Shown here piece by piece: positions 46,078-57,003 of a DNA stretch of 64,000 nucleotides (the stretch's first letter is position 1; each line of letters begins with the position of its first letter). Source of the stretch: an uncultured Chloroflexia bacterium (GTDB taxonomy: Bacteria > Chloroflexota > Chloroflexia > Thermomicrobiales > UBA6265); the NCBI GenBank assembly GCA_963724295.1, contig CAVRUC010000007.1, forward strand, positions 96,001-160,000, given 5' to 3'. The position numbers were made by a program, and so were the translations under genes. A model generated the notes under the pieces. It was given only the letters and a program-made list of their open reading frames with translations. It was not told the DNA's origin and did not search any database.

Positions 46078-46527
46078 CTAGCGCACCTCCATCGTGCACT
46101 CGATCTCGACCGGGATCTGATCTGGCAGGGCCACGAACCCCACCGCGGACCTGGTATGCCTACCCGCGTCACCGAACACTTCGATGAATAGATCAGAGCA
46201 ACCGTTGATCACTTGCGGCTGCTGCTCGAAGTCGGGCGTGCAGTTGACCATGCCGAGCACTTTCACGACCCGGGCAACGCGGTCCAGATCGCCGAGGGCT
46301 GCTCTTGCCGTCGCCAGGATTTGCAGTCCAACCTCTCGCGCGGCTTCGTAACCCTCCTCGACGGACATCGTGCTACCGAGTTTGCCTCGCTGCGTCTCAT
46401 CGCCGGGTCCGGTACCGGAGATAAAAAGGAGATTGCCGGTTTGCACCCACCTGACGTAGCTCGCGATCGGCTGCACCGGCGCCGGAAGCTCGATTCCCAG
46501 GTCCTTGATGGTCTGTTCAGCTCCCAC
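46078..46527 (-). CDS. RidA/YjgF-family protein
   Basis: LGIELP, GNLLFISG, VINGCSDL..EVFG..GRHTRSAVG. Confidence 0.9.
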   Translation of the reverse strand: MGAEQTIKDLGIELPAPVQPIASYVRWVQTGNLLFISGTGPGDETQRGKLGSTMSVEEGYEAAREVGLQILATARAALGDLDRVARVVKVLGMVNCTPDFEQQPQVINGCSDLFIEVFGDAGRHTRSAVGFVALPDQIPVEIECTMEVR

Positions 46528-46574
46528 GAATCACTCACCTCACTCGTGTGTCTTGATTCCCTTTTGCCGTCCAC

Positions 46575-47780
46575 TCACGTGGGTCTGAGTCCTAGAACCT
46601 GCCCAATACGATCCGCGGCGGCTTCAAGAAGCTCATCGCTCGTCGCGAACGACAGACGAACGTGCCCTTCACCCGCGGCGCCGAACGCGACGCCAGGGGT
46701 CACAGCGACGTGGGCTTCCTGCAAAAAGAGTTCCGCGGCCTGGGTCGAGGTCATGCCGGTTCCCCGAATATCGGCGAAGGCGTAAAACGCCCCTTCGACC
46801 AACGGACACGTGATGCCATTGACCGCATTCAGCCGTTCGGCCAGGTTGCGGCGCCGCCGATCCCAAGCTGAGACCATCTGGCCGATGAACTCCTGGGGCC
46901 CTGTAAGTGCGACGACGCCGGCCTTTTGCACGAACGAGGTCGCACAGGTCACAGAGTGGCTGTGCACCTTTTCAATCTGCTCGAGGTAGGGCCGCGGGCC
47001 AGCCACATAGCCTAAGCGCCAGCCGGTCATGGCATAGGCCTTCGAGAGACCGTTGAAAACGAGCGTCCGCTCGGCCATGCCGGGCAGCGTCGCGATACTG
47101 GTGTGTCGCTGCCCGTCATAGAGGATCTTCTCGTACATCTCGTCGGAGAAAACGAGGAGATCGTGTTCCTGGGCAAACGCCGCGACGGCGTCCAACTCCG
47201 AGTCGTCGAGAACGCGACCTGTAGGATTGTTGGGCGAGTTGATCAACAGGATGCGCGAGCCCCGCGTCCACGCGGCGGAGAGAGTTTCGGCAGTGAGCCT
47301 CCAGTTGTCATCCGGATCGAGCGGTACCGGGACAACGGTGCCGCCTGCCAGTTCCACCATGGGGCCGTACGAGACCCATGCTGGTTCCGGGATCATCACG
47401 CCGACCCCGGCTTCGACAAAGGCGAGCGTCGCTTCGAACAGCGCCTGTTTTCCACCAGGGGTGACGATGACGCCGCCGTTCGGGTCAACCTCGATCCCAT
47501 TATCGGAATGCAGCTTGTCGGCGATCGCTTTTCGCAGGCTGGGAATACCGGCACTTGCTACATAGTGGGTGTCCCCGGCGTTCATCGCCTCGGTCGCGGC
47601 TGCCCGGATGTGCTCGGGAGTTATGAAATCCGGATCGCCGCCGCCGAGATCGATGACGTCGATGCCCTGGGATTTCAACTGCCGGGCGCGGTCGGAGACC
47701 GCCAGTGTCGGCGACGGTGCGAGATCGCGGACACGACTGGCGACGAAATCAGCGGCCGCGCGTTGCGTTTGCAATGACAC
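46575..47780 (-). CDS. class I/II PLP-dependent (aspartate-type) aminotransferase
   Basis: GDPDF, NSPNNPTG, DEMYE, SKAYAMTGWRLG. Confidence 0.93.
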   Translation of the reverse strand: MSLQTQRAAADFVASRVRDLAPSPTLAVSDRARQLKSQGIDVIDLGGGDPDFITPEHIRAAATEAMNAGDTHYVASAGIPSLRKAIADKLHSDNGIEVDPNGGVIVTPGGKQALFEATLAFVEAGVGVMIPEPAWVSYGPMVELAGGTVVPVPLDPDDNWRLTAETLSAAWTRGSRILLINSPNNPTGRVLDDSELDAVAAFAQEHDLLVFSDEMYEKILYDGQRHTSIATLPGMAERTLVFNGLSKAYAMTGWRLGYVAGPRPYLEQIEKVHSHSVTCATSFVQKAGVVALTGPQEFIGQMVSAWDRRRRNLAERLNAVNGITCPLVEGAFYAFADIRGTGMTSTQAAELFLQEAHVAVTPGVAFGAAGEGHVRLSFATSDELLEAAADRIGQVLGLRPT

Positions 47781-47932
47781 GGGAAGTCCTCCCCGGTGGA
47801 TTCGACGGGAACGCCGCAGCGCTACTGCCGGAGGTAGGGATCTCGTCGGCGCGGCACGATTCTATCATGAGGCACTCCGCGTGCCACACGGTTTCCGTCT
47901 CAGTCACTCGCACACCCAGCAATCGGACCTGG

Positions 47933-47959
47933 TTAGCACTCACCCTTGCAGAGTGCTAA
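47933..47959. promoter_or_regulatory. CIRCE element (HrcA operator)
   Basis: TTAGCACTC-N9-GAGTGCTAA, exact consensus, upstream of groES. Confidence 0.97.
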
Positions 47960-48045
47960 ACTGACTGGTACTCTACCGGGCGCGAACAGGGCCACCCTCG
48001 AGTGGGGGTGTGCGATGCGAATGAGCAAAAGGAGGAGAAGGAGAC

Positions 48046-50057
<2,012 letters not shown>

Positions 50058-50091
50058 TCCGGCCTACGGCCAAGAGTTCGGCAATAGAGCA

Positions 50092-50119
50092 AAGAGGGCG
50101 ACCGAAAGGTCGCCCTCTT
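50092..50119. terminator. groESL terminator hairpin
   Basis: aagagggcgacc-gaaa-ggtcgccctctt between convergent genes. Confidence 0.8.
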
Positions 50120-50148
50120 CGCATTTCCTCGCTCTTTCGGATGAAGTA

Positions 50149-51484
50149 TCAGTCGCCTGCGGGCGGCTCGCAGGTCAATTGATCCAGCACCAGTACACAC
50201 GTGAGAACAGCGGCGCCTTGCTTGTCGCGCTGGGTGACGATCCATCCAACCTGATCAGGCTCGATCGTCATGAAACCGAACGCCGAGAGTGTCTCGGCTT
50301 CCGTGATCGCAAGGTCGTCTAGCTCGCCGGCGGTTGGGCTCGCCGTCGGGACCTCGTCGAGCGCGGTGCCGGCGTTGCCGGAGACCAGCTGCGGGGGTCG
50401 TTTGGACGTCTCGTCGAACGCAATCGACTCCGCGACGTGGATGTGCCCGGACACCACGAGCCCATACTCGGCACTGAGAGTACCCCCGGTGGCCGCTTCG
50501 AATGCCGCGTTTTCGACCTGGAACTCGCCCTCTTTGCCTGCCAGGATTCCCCACACCGGACGGTGGGTCACTAACCATGACCCGGCGGGAGTTATTTCGT
50601 CGAGCAGGTCAAACTGGCGTGCGTACTCCGCGGCCTCCTGCGGGGTATCCGACGTGTCTGCCGCCTCCGCGGAGTCGATAATGGCGAACGAGACGCCAGG
50701 CAACGTCGTGACGTAGGGCTCGGTAAACCGCTGACAGGTCGCTTGGTACCGCCGCGGGTCGAGGAAGATAAACCACCCGACCGGATTGCGATCGCACGTC
50801 TCGTGATTGCCGCGCATGAATAGCCAGGGCGCAGCGCCGAGGGCCGATCCTGCCGGCGCGAAGAAATCGGCGTCCCAGGTGGCCCAGTTGTCGCCGTGCG
50901 GGTTGCCCTGGCAGCCCGCCATTCCTTCTGGGCACTGGACTCTCTCGGTAGAGATAATCGCCGACGTGAACGATCAGATCCGGGTCCCAGTCCGCAACCG
51001 CCCGGGCTATCTGGGCGAAAGGCCAGGCCTCGGGATCATTGCAGGCCTGATACTTCTTCTCCCAGGCGTTGACACGGCAACCGGTGTCGCCGATCACCGC
51101 GATGCGGCGGATTGGACCTTCGGGGAGCGGCAGAACCTGGTCCAGTACCGATGCCGTCTCCGTACCGAAGGGCACAGTTGCCTCGCACGCGACGACCGGG
51201 AAGGCATCGGAAGCAGCAGCCCGCCGCGACATGCCGATGTCGAAGCCGTCGACGGCAAGTGCCGGGCATTCCCCAGCCACAATGACGCGCGCGATCAGTC
51301 TTCCGTCCGGGCCGAACTGGAGCCAGGCGGGGGGCAACGAAGCGGTGGGTTCGGTCGGCGGCGAAGACGCGACTGGGGTACCGAGTTGCGCCGAAACGGT
51401 GGGCACGACGGACAGCATCGCCAGGAGGAGCAACACGACTGATCCGAGTGCGACTGGTCGCGCCGGACGAAATGTCGAGTCCAC
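50149..51484 (-). CDS. secreted calcineurin-like metallophosphoesterase (frameshift near 50930)
   Basis: Signal peptide; GDTGC, HVGDYLY, RGNHE, THRP and SGHIH motifs across two frames. Confidence 0.85.
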
Positions 51485-51576
51485 GACAAGTGGCCCCTCC
51501 GGGACGGCTTTCGAGGCATCGCTTCCGAAGCATGTGTGGCCTGCCCAAGGCAGATGGTGGCGAGCTTGCTGACGAC

Positions 51577-51870
51577 CTAGTCTACGTCGATGTCCACGCC
51601 GTCCCTGGCGGCGCCGAACATCGGCGTGAGGATCGTCGGATAGACGCGCCGGCCATACTGCTCGATGATGATCGCCTGGGTGGGACACGCGCGCGCGCCG
51701 GCGAACAGCTGCTCGACCGTCGCGTCATCGGGGTTCTCGATCACAGCCACGCCGGTTTCCTCATCGAGTGCGTAGACACCCGGTGCGGCCGCCGTGCACT
51801 TGGCGTTGGCGATGCACCGCTTTGGATCGATGTAGATGCGGGTCGATCCCTTCGTGACGTCCATAACCAT
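51577..51870 (-). CDS. single-cluster ferredoxin, probably [3Fe-4S]
   Basis: C-I-A-N-A-K-C...AP...CPTQAI. Confidence 0.85.
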   Translation of the reverse strand: MVMDVTKGSTRIYIDPKRCIANAKCTAAAPGVYALDEETGVAVIENPDDATVEQLFAGARACPTQAIIIEQYGRRVYPTILTPMFGAARDGVDIDVD

Positions 51871-52117
51871 GCTTAGCTGGCCCTTACCGCTCGACGTACT
51901 ACTAACGGAGAACTGCTAGTGATGGGCTCCAGAGTACCCGGTGTCACAACGGCGCGCACCCGACCATACTCCGGCAGCGGCCCGTACTTTTAATCGCAGA
52001 AGTCTGACTAACCCCATCGCATGTCAGAGGAAGCCGACTCCAGCAGCGGTCAGGTGGCACCGGCCGCCTCGATCGACAGCCGGAGGCCGAAAACGTCATT
52101 GTCCTTTTGAGCCACAG

Positions 52118-52150
52118 GAAACCGGGGCGGCAGTTGGCCGCCCCGGTTTC
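52118..52150. terminator. terminator-like hairpin downstream of the Cys-rich peptide gene
   Basis: gaaaccggggcggc-agttg-gccgccccggtttc. Confidence 0.7.
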
Positions 52151-52210
52151 GCGAATGTTCGCTGGCAGGTTACAGCCGCGCCGCAGGTCGGCCGCCCCAG
52201 CCAGACCCAA

Positions 52211-52582
52211 TCAGGGGATCAGTTGGCACTGCAAAATATTCTGATTGCATTCGTAGAGCTGGCAGCAGTCGGTGTCATCGAAGCAGGAGGCTTTATTTTG
52301 GCCGCAGCAACGCGTCCCCGAGAACCCGGGAATGGGCTTACAAACGATCTCTCTCTTACGATTATTGGAGTAGCCGCAACATTTCTTCTTCTGATCGCAT
52401 GAGCCTCTGCGCACAATGCAGTGGTTCTCAGTGCCGACCTCCCGCGCAAGTGCGGAATTCTCCAACCCAAGGGCGGTGAAGACTGCGGCGACAGTGCTAT
52501 GGCCGGCGGTTTTCAACGCGCCGCGTCGCGACCGGGGTGCAGCCAAGCGTCGCGCAATATTGTCAAAACTTCGATCGTCCAT
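52211..52582 (-). CDS. Tat-type secreted cysteine-rich peptide (123 aa, 12 Cys, tandem knottin-like spacing)
   Basis: GGAGG RBS; SRRGALK twin-Arg motif, hydrophobic stretch, ALA cleavage site; C-C-CC-C-C framework twice. Confidence 0.8.
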   Translation of the reverse strand: MDDRSFDNIARRLAAPRSRRGALKTAGHSTVAAVFTALGLENSALAREVGTENHCIVRRGSCDQKKKCCGYSNNRKREIVCKPIPGFSGTRCCGQNKASCFDDTDCCQLYECNQNILQCQLIP

Positions 52583-53059
52583 GATTGGCCCCTCCAATGT
52601 GCGCGAGCGGTCCCTACGGCATGGCCGCTCATCCGATCCCTCACGGTTGGTGCGACGACCTGTCGCCAACACGATGCTACACGGTTGACAATTGAACTGT
52701 CATGCCGATCGTAATTCGTTGTCAGCCGATCGACTAGACATCGGCGGTGCGTAGCCGCTGGCCGGTCATAGCGACAATCGGACTCCACGACGAACGTCCG
52801 GGCCGTCGGCACGCGTGACCGGGCGAGCATACGGCGCGGGGAATCGCGTTCGATTCCGCCGATAACCGAGCAAAAAGGACATCCCCGGCGGACGGCCAAA
52901 ACCCCAAAGCTGATTGTCACTGCTGGCTCGATCGTGCCGACCGCACGGTGCCACGAATGTCCCGCTGACGCCCAACATCACAAAGTGAATTTAGGACTAA
53001 TGGACAGAGCAAGTTCCGTCGCTAACGCAGCTCATGGCAATCTCGAATTTGGCATTTAG

Positions 53060-53371
53060 TGGCAGCAGGACTATGAGGCGCAGGATCGCAATCTCGCGTT
53101 CTGCGACCACTTCGGCGCACCGCTCGATCCGAGTTACCTGACGGCGACGTTCAAGACAGCGCTACGGCGCGCCGAACTACCAGAGGTCCGCTTTCACGAT
53201 CTTCGGCGCACGGCGGCGACGTTGCTGCTCTCGCAAGGCGTCCACGTCAAGCTCGTCTCCGAAATGCTCGGACACTCGACAATCACGCTTACACTCGATA
53301 CGTATTCGCACCTGATTCCGGCAATGCATGGCGACGCCGCAGCTGCCATGGATGCAGTCCTGACTGCCTAA
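53060..53371 (+). pseudogene. tyrosine recombinase/integrase C-terminal remnant
   Basis: Reads ...VRFHDLRRTAATLLLSQGVHVKLVSEMLGHSTITLTLDTYSHL...*; in-frame stop at 53057-53059 and no N-terminal half. Confidence 0.88.
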
Positions 53372-53380
53372 GCCCGATGC

Positions 53381-54936
53381 TCATCGGTCCGGTGTCGGCG
53401 GCAAGAGTCCGAGTTGCCAGAGCAGTCGTTGATCCGGTACAGACATCGGAGTTCGTCCAGGCTGCAGATTCTCCTCTGGAACGTCAGGAACCAAGCGTTG
53501 AACCGGCGTTGCGACCATGAGCTGATTGAGCAATTGGATCGAGTATGCAAGCAGCCGCTCGACGAACTCGCCAGGATGAATGTGAAGTTCGTAGCCAGGA
53601 TGAGGTTCGGCGACGCCCCACGCTTCGCGGCCGCCTAGCGCATCCAGCGACGCGAGGATTGTCTGCCGCTCAGTCTCAGGTATCGCCATGAAAGATCCGA
53701 GAGCATGATCGCCGACCACCAGCACAACGCCGCCTGCGGATAACGCCTCTCCATGAATGTAGTTGCGGAGCTTCGAGAGGATCTGCTTTAAATGCCAGCC
53801 GGCGCTTGGCTCAGAAACGAAGTCCGCAAGCGTTTCAGATCTCCGCCTCAACGCGCGTACCCATCGTTCCCGCTGCCAGCCGGCGTTTGTAACGGGACCT
53901 GCCAGATCAAAGAGGATGGGCACGAGCCGAGCAACGCAGTCAAATGCCGCCATCATCCAAACGAGAATCATCTCGAACTCATCTAGTCCATCCGCCTGTG
54001 AATTAAAATATTCTGACTGACGGAGGTTACAGCGAGTAATCGGTCGCGAGACTGAAGAACCTGCGCCATTCGATGTCGCACTGCCGTTTTGAGGAGGCGA
54101 AGCGTGTTATCGTCGGTGGATCGAGCATGAGCTTCGCAGGCCGTATTCCATCGCCAGGCATCCACAAGGACTAGCTCAGCGGCTTCCCAGTAAAAGAAGT
54201 TGCGATCTCGCGCAAGCTCATCAAATCTATGCTCCGGTGCGCCAAGTGCAGGTGTCCGAGCGAGCACGAATCGATGCTGCCGCCGGAGGTACAGGCCGAT
54301 AATCGGAAGCGCAATGTCTAGCGGAACTGCGGTCACACGCGACCAGGGATCCGGTTCGAGCGAGAGTGGCAGTTCCCGGTCCGTGATGTAAAGATCGGCC
54401 CGAATCGCAGGCGCAGTGAGCATCGCGTTTGCATCAGCCAGTTGTCGCCGCTCGGCATTGCCTCTAAGAAAATAAGTGTCAGGCGGAGCGGCGTCGACTA
54501 TCCGCGTGAAACAGTTTTGATCCCAAACGACGTTGCGCACATTCGGTATACCGCCGCTGAACCAGGAAACAGTGCGCAATCGATCATTTGGTCCGTCTCG
54601 GATGACCGCCCAACCTCTGAAGGCGCGAATGCCGGTCTCGATGTCGGTCGCTTCGACCGCCACTGTGTCCGGACCGGCGTCGGCATAAAGACTCGCTTGA
54701 ATCGGCTCATCTGCAAGCAGTTCAAACTCGTAGCGCGCTCTCGGATCGCGCGAGCACCGATCACGAAGGTTGGCGTCCACCATGATGACCATTGCTCTAT
54801 GAGCCTTCGTCCAGGCAAACAAGCTCAGGCTCGGAATCGCAACCTCGGACTTGATCGGATCACCGCGCAAACTCGGAAATCGCCAAGGCCACCAGTCCAT
54901 CGTGCCGTCTTTCCGATTGCGAGGCGTTTTCGGCAA
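53381..54936 (-). CDS. hypothetical protein, PIN-like N-terminus and HEPN-like C-terminus (frameshift near 54005)
   Basis: VIMVDAN...ADANA...ADLYITDR (PIN-like acidic residues); LSKLRNYIHG; the two ORFs join across a T/A run. Confidence 0.55.
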
Positions 54937-54983
54937 TGACGATCGCCGGAGCGGCGCTCCAAAGCGGCGCTCAAGTGAAGTTT

Positions 54984-55003
54984 TGCTGTCATTTCTGCTG
55001 TCA
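54984..55003. repeat. tandem TGCTGTCA repeats, candidate integrase arm-binding sites
   Basis: TGCTGTCA-tttc-TGCTGTCA about 70 bp from the tRNA-Leu 3' end. Confidence 0.55.
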
Positions 55004-55071
55004 GAGCGAATAGCGTCTCATAGTTCGTGGCAACGCAAGTGCCTGATATCCGCGTGGTTATCAGCCATTGA

Positions 55072-55159
55072 TGGTGCGGACGGCGGGATTCGAACCCGCA
55101 CGAGGGTCGCCCCTCAGCGGTTTTTAAGACCGCGGCGTCTGCCATTCCGCCACGCCCGC
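55072..55159 (-). tRNA. tRNA-Leu(TAA)
   Basis: GCGGGCGTGGCGGAATGGCAGACGCCGCGGTCTTAAAAACCGC...long variable arm...TTCGAATCCCGCCGTCCGCACCA. Confidence 0.96.
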
Positions 55160-55211
55160 GCTGGCAGATCCTCGACCGAGAGCATACCGTGTGTCCCGAT
55201 TCGAGTACACG

Positions 55212-55236
55212 AAAACACCCGGGCAAGGCCCGGGTG
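55212..55236 (-). terminator. hairpin plus T-tract between tRNA-Gly and tRNA-Leu(TAA)
   Basis: Minus strand cacccgggc-ctt-gcccgggtg-tttt. Confidence 0.6.
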
Positions 55237-55240
55237 ACAC

Positions 55241-55315
55241 TGGAGCGGAAGACGGGATTCGAACCCGCGACCTTCTCCTTGGCAAGGAGATGCTCTACCA
55301 CTGAGCCACTTCCGC
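55241..55315 (-). tRNA. tRNA-Gly(GCC)
   Basis: GCGGAAGTGGCTCAGTGGTAGAGCATCTCCTTGCCAAGGAGAAGGTCGCGGGTTCGAATCCCGTCTTCCGCTCCA. Confidence 0.97.
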
Positions 55316-55425
55316 GTCGAATCTGCCCAAGTATGATAGCCAGGCGTCATAACCCCGTCAACTCGTCCGAGCCGGTCTCGGTCCCCGTGGCTCGGCCAGA
55401 AAGCGAAGAACACCAGGAGACATCG

Positions 55426-56316
55426 ATGCCAGGTTCGATTCTGCCCGGAACGCTGGTCGGTCCTAAATGGCTTGTCGAGCGGTTGACCCATCCGGAACTC
55501 CGGATCGTCGACATTCGCGGCTACGTCAAGACCGAGGATCTCGGCGAGGGGCGGCAGCACGCCGAGTATGTCGGCGCGCGCGATGAGTATGACCGCGAGC
55601 ACATCCCGGGCTCGGTCTTTGTCGACTGGACGACCGACATCGTCGACCTCGACCACGAGGTCAAAGCGCAGGTGGCTCCAGCGGACCGGTTCTCCGAGGC
55701 CATGAGCCGCCGCGGCATTGGCGGCGAGACAGACATCGTCGTCGTCGATCACACCGGCGGACACTTTGCGACCCGGCTCTGGTGGGCGCTGAAGTACTAC
55801 GGCCACGATCGTGTTGCGGTGCTCGACGGCGGGTTCAACCGGTGGAAGTCGCTTGGCTTGCCCGTGACTGACGCGCTACCCGAGGTGCAGCGGCGCACAT
55901 TCACCGCACGGGAAAGACCGTCACTTCGCGTCGAGGCGGAGGAGCTTCTGGCAAAGATCCAGGAGGGGTCCAGCGTCGTCGTCGATGCGCGGGATCCCGC
56001 ACAGTACACGGGAGCGATTCGGAGGGGGGCGCGCGGCGGGCATGTGCCGACGGCGGTCAACATCTGGGCGAAGTCGCTGGTAAATGACGATGGCACGTGG
56101 AAATCGGACGACGAACTGCGAGAGGTCCTCGCGGCCGGCGGTGTACGGGCTGACGCTCCCGTTGTGGCCTACTGCAACGGTGGGGTGACGGCGACCGGCG
56201 TCCTGTTTGCCCTGGACCGCACTGGCCACCAATCCTGGGCGAACTACGATGGCTCCTGGAACGAATGGGGAGAGCGACTCGAGCTCCCGGTTGTGGAAGG
56301 TACGGAACCCGGTTAG
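55426..56316 (+). CDS. tandem-domain rhodanese/sulfurtransferase (SseA-like)
   Basis: HIPGS, RLWWAL, VLDGG, GHVP, YCNGG and YDGSWNEW. Confidence 0.93.
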   Translation: MPGSILPGTLVGPKWLVERLTHPELRIVDIRGYVKTEDLGEGRQHAEYVGARDEYDREHIPGSVFVDWTTDIVDLDHEVKAQVAPADRFSEAMSRRGIGGETDIVVVDHTGGHFATRLWWALKYYGHDRVAVLDGGFNRWKSLGLPVTDALPEVQRRTFTARERPSLRVEAEELLAKIQEGSSVVVDARDPAQYTGAIRRGARGGHVPTAVNIWAKSLVNDDGTWKSDDELREVLAAGGVRADAPVVAYCNGGVTATGVLFALDRTGHQSWANYDGSWNEWGERLELPVVEGTEPG

Positions 56317-56350
56317 ATCCTCATGGCCGGGCTCCGGCAATCGGAGTGGG

Positions 56351-56426
56351 TGGTGCCAAGGGGCAGACTCGAACTGCCGACCGCACGATTTTCAGTCGTG
56401 AGCTCTACCAACTGAGCTACCTTGGC
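56351..56426 (-). tRNA. tRNA-Phe(GAA)
   Basis: GCCAAGGTAGCTCAGTTGGTAGAGCTCACGACTGAAAATCGTG...TTCGAGTCTGCCCCTTGGCACCA. Confidence 0.97.
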
Positions 56427-56444
56427 GCGGGCCGCGGCCTCGAC

Positions 56445-56520
56445 TGGTGGGCGATAGAGGGCTCGAACCTCTGACATCCACGGTGTAAACGTGGCGCTCT
56501 TCCAGCTGAGCTAATCGCCC
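56445..56520 (-). tRNA. tRNA-Val(TAC)
   Basis: GGGCGATTAGCTCAGCTGGAAGAGCGCCACGTTTACACCGTGG...TTCGAGCCCTCTATCGCCCACCA. Confidence 0.96.
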
Positions 56521-56540
56521 GAGGCTGGCTTCTGACGCGG

Positions 56541-56625
56541 TGCCCAGGAAAGGATTTGAACCTTCACGCCCTAAACGGGCACTAGCCCCTCAAGCTAGCG
56601 CGTCTGCCAGTTCCGCCACCTGGGC
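56541..56625 (-). tRNA. tRNA-Leu(GAG)
   Basis: GCCCAGGTGGCGGAACTGGCAGACGCGCTAGCTTGAGGGGCTAG...TTCAAATCCTTTCCTGGGCA; CCA not encoded. Confidence 0.95.
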
Positions 56626-57003
56626 AAGCCATTGCAACCGCACGGCACCACGGGATTATAGGGATCGTGTCGGTACAGCGTCAACTCAATTTGTCGGCCC
56701 GCGGCCGGCTTCACAGCTGCGATTTGCGCCAGCAGAACGCAGGTTCGGTAGCCGTCCAGGGCACGTCCGGGATTCGAATCGAATTCCGCTGCCGCCGGCA
56801 TATCTGATCTCGCGCCGATAGAGATCCAGTGGCTGGTGAGAAGTCGGCCGATCAGGCTGAGTGTCTGCGGCAATGCCGCCGCCCGACGTCACTTGCCCAC
56901 ACCAACGACCGCCATTGACCGCGTATCCTTTTGGGTACTGAAGCATTCGGTTTGCGCGCGGCCGACCGCCGTCCGCGGCGCTGCGATGGAAGGTTTGGGT
57001 GGC

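Noticed and set aside
52646..52660. tggtgcgacg as the attL copy of the tRNA-Leu 3' end
   Set aside because: Only 7 contiguous bases match, which is expected by chance.
52836..52862. tRNA-like TTCGATTCC segment (also gggattcgaa near 56770)
   Set aside because: A single hairpin only; no acceptor, D or anticodon arms.
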